DNA from: Leptolyngbyaceae cyanobacterium
GTDB taxonomy: Bacteria > Cyanobacteriota > Cyanobacteriia > Phormidesmidales > Phormidesmidaceae
Assembly (NCBI GenBank): GCA_965263355.1
Contig: CBDHHL010000032.1
Span: 3,392,001-3,456,000 of the forward strand
DNA: 64,000 nt
Direction: 5' to 3'
The notes under the pieces were generated by a model. It made no database searches. It saw only the letters and a program-made list of their open reading frames with translations, and was not told the origin of the DNA. This document shows positions 51,683 to 60,429 of this stretch, in pieces. The stretch's first letter is position 1. Each line of letters begins with the position of its first letter. The position numbers and the translations under genes are program-made.

Positions 51683-52404
51683 CTCGTCATTATTCTGCCG
51701 CAGCTGATAAGAGTGCCAAACGGTTACTAAACCGAATAGCAGATAAATCCACTTGTCCTCAGGACTATCGGACAGCTATGACCAAGCTAGGGAACCACCT
51801 AGGTCAGGCTCTGCTTAGCGCTATAGACAGTAGTTCTGGTAATACTGGCAAAAGGGCCTACTTGGTGGCGACAGCAGAAGACGCAGATTTTGTTGCGCAA
51901 GGGGTTTTACAGGAGTTAGAGCCTCATTTTGCCTCGATTGGCTTTGCCTGTGTTTGGAATGAGCCTCAGTCTTTGTATGGTTTGCAGTCTTTGGATGTGG
52001 CTCCTATCCTGAAGCAATACAAAGAGCCTGTGGGCCGGGTAGACTATCTTATTATTGTTAAGTCGATTATTTCGCGGGGGAGTGTAGTCAGGGCGAATTT
52101 GCAAAACCTGACTCACAACCTACAGCCCCGTGAAATCTTGATTGCGGCTCCTGTGATCCATGCCCGAGCAGAAGCCTCCTTACGGCAGGCTTTTCCCCAA
52201 GACATAATCGATAAGTTGCGGTTTTTCTATTTTGCTCAGGATGATGAGCGTACCGCTGATGGTGAAGTGATACCGGGTATAGGTGGCATGGTGTTCGAAC
52301 GATTGGGGTTTCATGGGCAAGCGGCTGTAAGTCGCTATGTGCCTGATATTGTTCAGCAGCGTCGTCGTAATATCTTGCAGCGTCGTAAGACTAAGGTGTC
52401 TTAG
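51679..52404 (+). CDS. uracil-phosphoribosyltransferase-fold protein (degenerate)
   Basis: YRTAMTKLG, the PRPP-loop-like LIIVKSIISRGSV, and C-terminal DDERTADGEVIPGIGGMVFERLG (compare Upp DExLNxxGYIVPGLGDAGDRLFG). ATGA overlap with the nuclease gene. Confidence 0.65.
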   Translation: MTRHYSAAADKSAKRLLNRIADKSTCPQDYRTAMTKLGNHLGQALLSAIDSSSGNTGKRAYLVATAEDADFVAQGVLQELEPHFASIGFACVWNEPQSLYGLQSLDVAPILKQYKEPVGRVDYLIIVKSIISRGSVVRANLQNLTHNLQPREILIAAPVIHARAEASLRQAFPQDIIDKLRFFYFAQDDERTADGEVIPGIGGMVFERLGFHGQAAVSRYVPDIVQQRRRNILQRRKTKVS

Positions 52405-52409
52405 CAAAC

Positions 52410-52441
52410 AGCGTTCCTTTAGACTCCGCTCAAGGAACGCT
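52410..52441 (+). terminator. hairpin, possible terminator of the nuclease/PRTase pair
   Basis: AGCGTTCCTT-N12-AAGGAACGCT directly after the stop codon, with only a weak U tract. Confidence 0.5.
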
Positions 52442-52534
52442 TCTAGTAATTTGTTTCATTAGGCCAAGCGAGCAGTTGTGCGGAAACCTGAGAAGTGAAC
52501 GGGAATCACTAGTCAAGGTTATTCTGGAAATCCT

Positions 52535-53272
52535 ATGCAACAACTAGCGAAGATGAGGCAGCGATGGCTACCATGGCTACTGGCCGCAACAATTCTAATC
52601 GTGGTGGGTGGTTTGCCCGCCCTGGCGCAAGAAGCGTCTACAACATCGCGTCTGTTGACTGTAACCGGCTATGGCCATGATCAAGCGCCCACTACATTGG
52701 CGGATATTACCTTGGGGTTAACCAGTAAAAGCGATAGCGCTAAGGCCACCTACGCACAGTTGGAAAAGCGTACAGCCGATGTTTCAAAGATGCTCAAGTC
52801 TCGCCAGGTGGACATCATTAAGCCCTCTAATGTGCAGCTAAATCTCAAGTATGGTCGGGATGGTAAACCCCAAAAGGATGATTATGAGGGGTATCGCAAC
52901 ATTGAGTTTCAGGTGTCTGCCGATGATATTGGTGTATTGGATGATGCGATCGCAACCGACATTGACCGGGTGCAAAACATTCGCTATTTAGCCACTGAAA
53001 AAGACCTTTTGGCTGCCCGTGATAGAGCCCTGGAGTCTGCTATTTCTGATGCCCAAGCCCAGGCTAAAGTCGCCCTGGATAAGCTGGGCTTTAGCCTGCA
53101 AGAGGTTGTCGATATTCAGATGAATGATGCCATCACCCAAGCTCCAGACCTTGATGCCGTCTCCCATGGTGATGGTTATGCCGACAGCAGTTGGTCTTCA
53201 AAAAATAACCTGACAGTAGAAGCTGGGGAGCAAGTTGTGGATGTGAGGGTGCTGTTAAAGGTGCGATATTAG
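52535..53272 (+). CDS. SIMPL/DUF541 periplasmic protein
   Basis: Signal peptide, LTVTGYG, and RALESAISDAQAQA. Confidence 0.82.
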   Translation: MQQLAKMRQRWLPWLLAATILIVVGGLPALAQEASTTSRLLTVTGYGHDQAPTTLADITLGLTSKSDSAKATYAQLEKRTADVSKMLKSRQVDIIKPSNVQLNLKYGRDGKPQKDDYEGYRNIEFQVSADDIGVLDDAIATDIDRVQNIRYLATEKDLLAARDRALESAISDAQAQAKVALDKLGFSLQEVVDIQMNDAITQAPDLDAVSHGDGYADSSWSSKNNLTVEAGEQVVDVRVLLKVRY

Positions 53273-53328
53273 TTGACTACTCATTTGCCGCCCTTACCCT
53301 GAATCGCATCGTAATGTCGTTATTGGCC

Positions 53329-53368
53329 CCCATTGTAGGGGCGTTGCATGTAACGCCCCTACAATGGG
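53329..53368. repeat. 40-bp palindrome with GTAG-type REP core, between convergent genes
   Basis: CCCATTGTAGGGGCGTTGCA|TGTAACGCCCCTACAATGGG (1 mismatch). Confidence 0.88.
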
Positions 53369-53407
53369 ATAACAACAGGACGACAGCAATGTGGTTCTGC
53401 TATTCTC

Positions 53408-54217
53408 CTAATTATTTGTTGGGTACAGTTCTAAGCTGTAGCGATAAAGGGCTACAGGTTGGTCAATTGCCTTAAAATAATCCGGATCCTGAGGAGATAA
53501 ATAGATCGCTGTAATTTGGTCAGCTGTAATCTTGTCCGGTGCAAGATGATAAGCTGTCGTATTTTCTACTTCGTTCAAATAAACAGATGATTGTCCACCG
53601 CGAAAAAACTGTTGAAACACTTCAGTGGTGATAAACGTATTGTTGTCGGGCTGTTCTACAGCTCTGTCAGTGACCGTAGACACAAGCTGTTGCCGGTCTT
53701 TTAAGCAGGTAATCTGGCGGTTAGGATTAGTCGGATCAACTTTGACAGATTGGACCCAATCGTCCCCCAGATAAGCGCGAGCGAGACTGAGCCCATTAAA
53801 TGCTCGATCCGAGACCACACCCTCTTTATTGTTTAAGGGACGGTTGAGAAACTTACCCTGGGCTACCCGTGCCTTGCGAAATCGAATATCCGCTTCAATC
53901 GGTACATTGAGGAACTGACGATTGCCTTCAAATCCTGGTGTGATTATCTCTGGGGCTAGCGGAGCATGTATTTCCAAGAGGGTAGAGGTCATCCGCCACG
54001 CACCACCCATCCATGTTGGGTATACCAAATCTCCCTCTGAGGGCTGTACCGGTGGTTTGTGAGACCAGTTGGGAAATGTTGATACCCGTTGAGTTAGGGA
54101 ACTGGCCATGGCTTCACCACTACACAGAAGCCATACCAAAAGCAATAGGGTTATCCAGATGAGTTTTCGTCCCAATCGTTTAATCAAAAACCGACGCATG
54201 ACCATGTCTATCACCAC
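53408..54217 (-). CDS. conserved cyanobacterial hypothetical protein (DUF6816-like)
   Basis: DLVYP.W..G.W, DRAFN and YLSPQDPDYF...ALYRY. Confidence 0.7.
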   Translation of the reverse strand: MVIDMVMRRFLIKRLGRKLIWITLLLLVWLLCSGEAMASSLTQRVSTFPNWSHKPPVQPSEGDLVYPTWMGGAWRMTSTLLEIHAPLAPEIITPGFEGNRQFLNVPIEADIRFRKARVAQGKFLNRPLNNKEGVVSDRAFNGLSLARAYLGDDWVQSVKVDPTNPNRQITCLKDRQQLVSTVTDRAVEQPDNNTFITTEVFQQFFRGGQSSVYLNEVENTTAYHLAPDKITADQITAIYLSPQDPDYFKAIDQPVALYRYSLELYPTNN

Positions 54218-54396
54218 AGCATCAGTTTAGTCTGAGGGTAGTGAAAATCAGTAATATCCTCTACCGTCCTCTAATTATCTAGGATGTTGTATAAGACTTT
54301 AAATATCGGGAGTACTCATAAAAGGCACTGTAGCCTGTGGGTATATTGCATCTGTCGATTGCGATATACCCATTATGTGGTTCCCGCTTACTGGTT

Positions 54397-55539
54397 ATGG
54401 ATAATCAAATTCTGCTGAAAGAAGCACTCACTGATGAGCTGGGATTGCTCTACAAAAATTTGACTCAGCTGACTGCTGTAAAATCACTGCCGGAGGATGA
54501 TTTACAGCTATTGCGGGGGTTAGTATCCGTATTACAGTTTGCGGCCCAGCAAATGACTCAACAACAAGCATCGGGCGGTAAGCTGACGGCAGATGTGGCT
54601 GCTTTGCGCGATCAGGTAGCCCAACTGCAGCAAGATAATAGCGTCTATCACAAACAGCTACAGTGGATTCAGGATCAGCTAGGGCTCTCACGGACCACGA
54701 CTGGTAAAACGCGGCTCAAAGCTACCCTCAAGCAAACATTGGACATGACGGTAGATATTGCTGGGGCCAACAGTGGCAGCATTTTTTTGCTGGATGATGC
54801 CAAAGTAGTGACGGCCTGCATATTGACTCGTTCTGGCACTACGGAACGGGAACGTCAGTATCTAGTGGGGCAGGTATTGGCAAACGGTCTAGCGGGCTGG
54901 GTTGTGGAACACCGCAAGGTAGAGATAATTGCCGATACACGTTTAGATAACCGTTGGATTAATTTGCCCGATCAGCCTTACAAAGTGTGCTCGGCGATGT
55001 GCGCACCGATGTTAAGCGGTAACCGCCTGGTAGGAGTAATGACTCTCACCCATGGGGAGCCTAGGCATTTTCAGCCACCAATTCCAGATTTGATTGGGGC
55101 GATGGCGGATCAGATGGCCCTGGTATTAGAAAATGGGCACTTGCAGTCGGTTAATCAAGACCTAAAGAAGCATTTAAGCCATTATCAGGAGTTTTGTCGT
55201 CAGCTGTTGTCTACTGAAATAGTGGGAGCAGTGGTCATACAAAATAAAAAGATTGTTCAGATCAATGGTCGAGCAGCCAAGCTGTTGGGGCAGACGCCCA
55301 AGGAATTATTACATCTACCCTCTATCACCAGCCTGATTGCTTATGAAGATCGAGATCGAGTCAATGCATCGTTGCATCAATGCATTGACAATGCCCAGCA
55401 GCGACTTGACCTAAATTTTGGCATCACCCATAAAGGTGGTCAGGTGATTGCGCTGAGCGCCCATGGTATTGCCTTTGAATTTCAGGAGAAACCGGCAGTG
55501 CTGTTAGTGTTGAACGAGCTGAACAAGTTGTTAGGTTAG
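54397..55539 (+). CDS. coiled-coil + GAF + PAS sensor protein with no output domain
   Basis: GAF motifs (GSIFLLD, GLAGWV, D.RW, SAMCAPM) and a C-terminal PAS-like domain. Start placed at ATG 54397. Confidence 0.8.
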   Translation: MDNQILLKEALTDELGLLYKNLTQLTAVKSLPEDDLQLLRGLVSVLQFAAQQMTQQQASGGKLTADVAALRDQVAQLQQDNSVYHKQLQWIQDQLGLSRTTTGKTRLKATLKQTLDMTVDIAGANSGSIFLLDDAKVVTACILTRSGTTERERQYLVGQVLANGLAGWVVEHRKVEIIADTRLDNRWINLPDQPYKVCSAMCAPMLSGNRLVGVMTLTHGEPRHFQPPIPDLIGAMADQMALVLENGHLQSVNQDLKKHLSHYQEFCRQLLSTEIVGAVVIQNKKIVQINGRAAKLLGQTPKELLHLPSITSLIAYEDRDRVNASLHQCIDNAQQRLDLNFGITHKGGQVIALSAHGIAFEFQEKPAVLLVLNELNKLLG

Positions 55540-55630
55540 TAAATAGTGAGTGGGAATGGGGGAAAGTGACTAATACCTCTGCAGGCATGTCGCCTCCCCT
55601 TTCACCTAAAATATAGTCAGCTTTTTTCCT

Positions 55631-56242
55631 GTGCCCGTGCTCACTACTCCTAGTCGTCCAGTAACCATTAAGTTTTTAAAGACCCCTACGTCCCAGGCTT
55701 GGATTGATCAGGCCTTAGCAAACCTGGACGAAGTTATGCTGGATCATTCCCACTGTGAGCGTAAGGCAGCGGGGATAGCGATTAAGCTGATGTTTTTGTA
55801 TCCGAGTGATATTGCTTTAGTCGCTGCGTTAACGGACATTGCCCAGGAAGAACTGAGCCATTTCAAACAGGTGAATCAGTGGCTAGAACGGCGCGGTGTG
55901 CCCCTGCGGTCTCTGGCGGCAGGACCCTATGGCTCTAAGCTACGTAAGCATGTGCGACCTAATGACCCGGAGCGTAAGTTAGACCTGTTGTTAGTGTCTG
56001 CCTTAATTGAAGCTCGTAGCCATGAACGCCTCGGTCTTTTAGGAGACCATTGCCCAGAACCAGCACTGGCTAAGTTTTATCGCAGTTTGATGGCCTCTGA
56101 AGCTCGTCACTATGGGGCTTACTGGCTGCTGGCGACCAATGAGTTTGGGGCTGATGTGGTCACTCCTCGTTTAGAAGAATTAGCGGTGGCTGAAAGTGAG
56201 ATTTTGGCGACATTACATCCGGCACCGAGGGTGCATAGTTGA
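55631..56242 (+). CDS. miaE: tRNA-(ms2io6A37) hydroxylase
   Basis: DHSHCERKAA, EELSHF, IEARSHER and SEARH. Confidence 0.92.
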   Translation: MPVLTTPSRPVTIKFLKTPTSQAWIDQALANLDEVMLDHSHCERKAAGIAIKLMFLYPSDIALVAALTDIAQEELSHFKQVNQWLERRGVPLRSLAAGPYGSKLRKHVRPNDPERKLDLLLVSALIEARSHERLGLLGDHCPEPALAKFYRSLMASEARHYGAYWLLATNEFGADVVTPRLEELAVAESEILATLHPAPRVHS

Positions 56243-56248
56243 GAATGA

Positions 56249-56758
56249 GTGTTGCGCGGTAAGGGTTGTACATGGTTTATGAATACGTCTTTTAAGTCAT
56301 TTCTTATTCGCGATTGGCAATCTGCTGACCGAGAGTCTGCCGCTACCTTGATTGGCCAAGTCCTAACTGAGTATGGTCTGGGATGGGAGCCTGAGGGAGC
56401 TGATAGGGATGTGGTGCAGGTGGAAACTTACTACCAAGAGGGTGAGTTTTGGGTAGTGGAGCAGGCGGGGACAATTGTGGGGACGGCGGCTTACTTACCG
56501 ATAGAGCGGGGGAACCAGGCGGTGGAAATTCGGAAGATGTATTTGTTGCCGGTGGCTCGTGGTCAGGGGCTAGGACGATTTTTGCTGGGGCAGTTGGAGG
56601 CTGCGATCGCAGCCCAAGACTATAAAGAAATTTGGCTGGAAACCGCAACAGTGCTCAAAGCAGCCGTGCGGCTGTATGAAACCTCAGACTACTTGCCAGC
56701 GACTGGTGTAGAAACGACACGTTGCGACAGGGTTTATAAAAAACGCATTGCCCGGTAG
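56249..56758 (+). CDS. GNAT acetyltransferase
   Basis: EIRKMYLLP.ARGQGLG and LETATVL..AVRLYE. Start likely ATG 56279. Confidence 0.88.
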   Translation: MLRGKGCTWFMNTSFKSFLIRDWQSADRESAATLIGQVLTEYGLGWEPEGADRDVVQVETYYQEGEFWVVEQAGTIVGTAAYLPIERGNQAVEIRKMYLLPVARGQGLGRFLLGQLEAAIAAQDYKEIWLETATVLKAAVRLYETSDYLPATGVETTRCDRVYKKRIAR

Positions 56759-56931
56759 GGGCTTCCCATGTGGACGCCCTGCCATGTGGATGCCCTGCCA
56801 TGTGGATGGCCATCAGCCAGAATTTCCTGTAAGCCGCTATAATCAATCGGGCTAAACTTCATTGCCCATTGACGCAGCCGGCGCAAACCCATGTCCCTAT
56901 TTCTGGGGCAGGTATAAGACCGTGCCCCTAC
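56755..56931. repeat. inverted pair of GTAGGGGC REP-like elements with a 16-bp tandem repeat
   Basis: GTAGGGGC at 56755, (CCATGTGGAYGCCCTG) about 3 times at 56766-56811, and GGGGCA...TGCCCCTAC at 56905-56931. Confidence 0.65.
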
Positions 56932-56967
56932 ACCACTGCCCATGCACCACCCATTACTCACCGCCCT

Positions 56968-57453
56968 GTGATTGCAGTTTATCCTGGTAGCTTTGATCCC
57001 GTTACCTTGGGTCATCTCGATATCATTACCCGTAGCAGTGGTCTCTATGACCATGTGATTGTGGTGGTGTCACGCAACCCGATGAAAAATCCAATGTTTT
57101 CCGTTGAGAAGCGATTGATCCAAATCCGTCAGGCAACGGCCCATTTAGCCAACGTAGAAATCGATAGCTTTGATGGGTTAACGGTTAATTATGCCCATAA
57201 ACGTGATGCCAAAGTCCTGATTCGTGGTTTACGTGTACTATCAGACTTTGAGAAAGAGCTTCAGATGGCCCATACTAATAAGACCCTTGCAGACGACTTG
57301 GAAACCGTTTTTTTAGCGACGTCTACTGAATACGGCTTTTTAAGCAGTAGTCTAGTAAAGGAGATTGCAAGGTTTGGCGGAGCAATCGGTCATCTTGTTC
57401 CTGATCATGTTGCCCACGATATTCAGAAATGGTACGGCAAGAACCTCCAGTAA
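56968..57453 (+). CDS. coaD: phosphopantetheine adenylyltransferase
   Basis: [22 protein letters not shown] and SSSLVKE. Start placed at GTG 56968. Confidence 0.96.
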   Translation: MIAVYPGSFDPVTLGHLDIITRSSGLYDHVIVVVSRNPMKNPMFSVEKRLIQIRQATAHLANVEIDSFDGLTVNYAHKRDAKVLIRGLRVLSDFEKELQMAHTNKTLADDLETVFLATSTEYGFLSSSLVKEIARFGGAIGHLVPDHVAHDIQKWYGKNLQ

Positions 57454-58301
57454 ATGATCCTAGGTTAATCAACGATCCTAGGTTAAATGGCCAGGCCGAT
57501 GATGTCCTTGCACAGCAGCAGATCGGCAAGGCAGCGCCTGCAGCAGGATTTGATATTCAAGATGCGCTCAATCAGATTGAGGAATCTGTGCTGGATAGCC
57601 CTCGCTTACCGGTAATGGGCCGCACCATGATCAATGAGGATGATCTGCTGGACCAGCTCGATGCTGTGCGGTTGAATTTGCCTAGTGCGTTTCAGGAAGC
57701 TCAGCAGCTGCTACAGCAGCGTAACGAACTCCTCAGTGAAGCGGAGCGCTATGCCCAAGAAATTGTGGCCACCGCTGAAAAGCAGGCGGCTACAATTCTC
57801 AATGAGACGGCGATTTTACGGCAGGCAGAGCAGAAGGCTCAACAGCTGCGGCTGCAGGTGGAGCAGGAATGTGCAGCGTTGCGATCGCAGACCATGCTGG
57901 AAATCGAACAGTTACATCAGCAAACTACACAAGAATGTGAAGAATTGCGAAAAAACGCCATTAGCGAATGTCATGCGATTCAGACCGATGCAGATACCTA
58001 TGCCGATCAGGTATTGCAACGGATGGAAACCCAATTTAGCGAAATGCTCGATGTGATTAGCAATGGCCGTCAGCAGCTATATGAACGCCAGCAACGTGTT
58101 CGGCAGATGGCTCCGTCGGGAGGTGCAGGTGCATCCACTGGTGGAGATTTACCTGCTAGCCCCCTCAGTCGTCGTTCTGCATCCCAGCGTCCCCCTAGCC
58201 AGCAATCACCACCGTCGTCCTACAGCAGCAATCAACCACAGTCACAGCCACAGCCACAGCCACCACGGTCGCCGCAGCAGCGCCCTCCTCGGCGGTTTTA
58301 A
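57429..58301 (+). CDS. cdv3: DivIVA-like coiled-coil cell division protein (Cdv3)
   Basis: LLDQLD.VR.NLP, a long coiled coil and ADTYADQVL. Located downstream of coaD. Confidence 0.75.
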   Translation: MVRQEPPVNDPRLINDPRLNGQADDVLAQQQIGKAAPAAGFDIQDALNQIEESVLDSPRLPVMGRTMINEDDLLDQLDAVRLNLPSAFQEAQQLLQQRNELLSEAERYAQEIVATAEKQAATILNETAILRQAEQKAQQLRLQVEQECAALRSQTMLEIEQLHQQTTQECEELRKNAISECHAIQTDADTYADQVLQRMETQFSEMLDVISNGRQQLYERQQRVRQMAPSGGAGASTGGDLPASPLSRRSASQRPPSQQSPPSSYSSNQPQSQPQPQPPRSPQQRPPRRF

Positions 58302-58304
58302 CCT

Positions 58305-58931
58305 ATGATTGGCTACATCAAAGGGGGGTTAGCTGATATTCAGCGGCTGACCAATGGTCGTGTGATTATCACGGTTGACGTGAATGGCGTTGGCTATGAA
58401 TTACAGATCACGGCTCGGGTAATGGGCAATCTGCCACCCATCGGGGATGCGGTAGAAATTTTTACCCATCTACAAAATCGAGATGATCAGTCAGTGTTAT
58501 TTGGTTTTGGTTCGCGGGCCGAACGAGATGTCTTTCGGTTGGCCATCAGTGTCAGTGGTATTGGCCCCCAAATGGGGATGGCACTGATGGATACCCTAAG
58601 CCTCAACGACCTGGTGCAGGCGGTGGTGTCTGGTAATGCGCGTATTTTGTCCCAGACCCCTGGTGTGGGTAAAAAAACGGCTGAACGCATTATTCTGGAG
58701 CTGAAAACCAAGCTAGCTGAATGGCGTCAGCAAGCTGGATTGATCACTGCTCCTGCCGCTGGACCAGTATCAGTAGTCCAAGAGGACGTTGAAATGACCC
58801 TCTTGGCACTGGGGTATGCCAACAGTGAAATTACAAAGGCGCTTCAGGCTGTTGGTCAGAGCAAAACCCTCAGCAAAACAGCAGATACTGAAGCTTGGAT
58901 TCGTGAAGCCATTGTCTGGCTCAGCCAATAA
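58305..58931 (+). CDS. ruvA: Holliday junction branch migration protein
   Basis: MIGYIKG, VNGVGYE, VSGIGP and PGVGKKTAERI. Confidence 0.96.
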   Translation: MIGYIKGGLADIQRLTNGRVIITVDVNGVGYELQITARVMGNLPPIGDAVEIFTHLQNRDDQSVLFGFGSRAERDVFRLAISVSGIGPQMGMALMDTLSLNDLVQAVVSGNARILSQTPGVGKKTAERIILELKTKLAEWRQQAGLITAPAAGPVSVVQEDVEMTLLALGYANSEITKALQAVGQSKTLSKTADTEAWIREAIVWLSQ

Positions 58932-59051
58932 GAAACTCAAAGGTTGTAACGAAAACATGAGGCCTGTAACGATTCCTGATAAGTTTAATGAGCGCACTTT
59001 TTGTATCAAAATACACTGTTTGATCTATGTATGTGTGGGGCATCCTGCGCG

Positions 59052-59124
59052 TATATCACGTCCAAGTTGCAAACTGTAGGTTCTTCTAAGGAAAAACGAC
59101 CGTTCTGGACATGGACAAGGTTTA
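59052..59124. repeat. ~72-bp dispersed inverted-repeat element, copy 4
   Basis: TCACGTCCAAGTTG...CTGGACATGGACAAGGTTTA, in reverse orientation to copies 1-3. Confidence 0.85.
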
Positions 59125-59148
59125 TTCCAACAGATTCAGAGTCATTAG

Positions 59149-59517
<369 letters not shown>

Positions 59518-59520
<3 letters not shown>

Positions 59521-59589
59521 ACCACGTCCAAGTTGAAACCTGCGGTTCTTCTATAGAAAAACTCCAATGCTGGACATGGACAAGGTTTA
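59518..59589. repeat. ~72-bp dispersed inverted-repeat element, copy 5
   Basis: TAAACCACGTCCAAGTTGAAACC...CTGGACATGGACAAGGTTTA, filling the whole gap between the PII gene and rnc. Confidence 0.9.
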
Positions 59590-60258
59590 ATTAATGCCTA
59601 CTTTCTTCAGTGCTACCTGCGCTGCCTTCTTTTCGGCATCTTGCTTACGCCGACCTTTGCCACGGCCATAGAGTAGTCCTTTAACGCGCACTTCAGCCGT
59701 AAATTGCTTTGCATGGTCTGGGCCGCTAGCAGCAATAATTTTGTAAGTAGGGACTTCCCCTAATTGATCTAAGGACCAGATTTGAAAGCGGCTTTTGTAG
59801 TTAATCTGAATAGCGGTTTCACTAACGGTATCAGCCACGCTGTCAAACATGGGGATAACATAGGCTCGCAGCACAGCCATATCCTGGCCACTATCTAGAA
59901 AGTAAGCGCCAATCAAGGCTTCAAAGGTACTGCATAGGACACGCTTACTATTGCGGCTATCACTATTCTCTGCGCCGCGGCTCAGGCGTAGATGTTTGTG
60001 TAGATTCAGTTGGCTGGCAAAATGGCTCAGCTGGTTTTCATCCACTAGAGCTGCCCGCAACGATGTGAGTTCACCTTCGGGACGGTCTGGGTAACGTTGG
60101 TACAGATATTCGCCACTGAGAAAGGTGAGGATAGCGTCGCCTAAAAATTCCAGTCGTTCATTGTCCGCACACTCATGTTCCTTGGCATAGGACTTGTGGG
60201 TGATGGCCAGTTGCCAGAGATGTGGATCATTGAATGTGGGGAGATAAAACGTGCTCAT
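59587..60258 (-). CDS. rnc: ribonuclease III
   Basis: NERLEFLGDAIL, FEALIGA and a C-terminal dsRBD. Confidence 0.95.
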   Translation of the reverse strand: MSTFYLPTFNDPHLWQLAITHKSYAKEHECADNERLEFLGDAILTFLSGEYLYQRYPDRPEGELTSLRAALVDENQLSHFASQLNLHKHLRLSRGAENSDSRNSKRVLCSTFEALIGAYFLDSGQDMAVLRAYVIPMFDSVADTVSETAIQINYKSRFQIWSLDQLGEVPTYKIIAASGPDHAKQFTAEVRVKGLLYGRGKGRRKQDAEKKAAQVALKKVGIN

Positions 60259-60429
60259 GCTCCCACCATAGCGTGGTTGGGCGCTATGTGATGTCTGAAT
60301 GGTCAGATGTTTAACCAGATTACTCTACCAGCTGCCACAGGTGTCTGCAGCAGCTAGTGGAGCTTTTAAGAATAGACGATTCAGGGTTCACATTAAACCA
60401 ATGCATAGGGAGTAATGCGAACATTTGAT

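Noticed and set aside
56869..56967. N-terminal extension of coaD
   Set aside because: It overlaps a REP-like hairpin. CoaD homology starts at GTG 56968.
59002..59015. NtcA site upstream of the PII gene (TGTATCAAAATACA)
   Set aside because: The spacing is GTA-N6-TAC, not the GTA-N8-TAC NtcA consensus.
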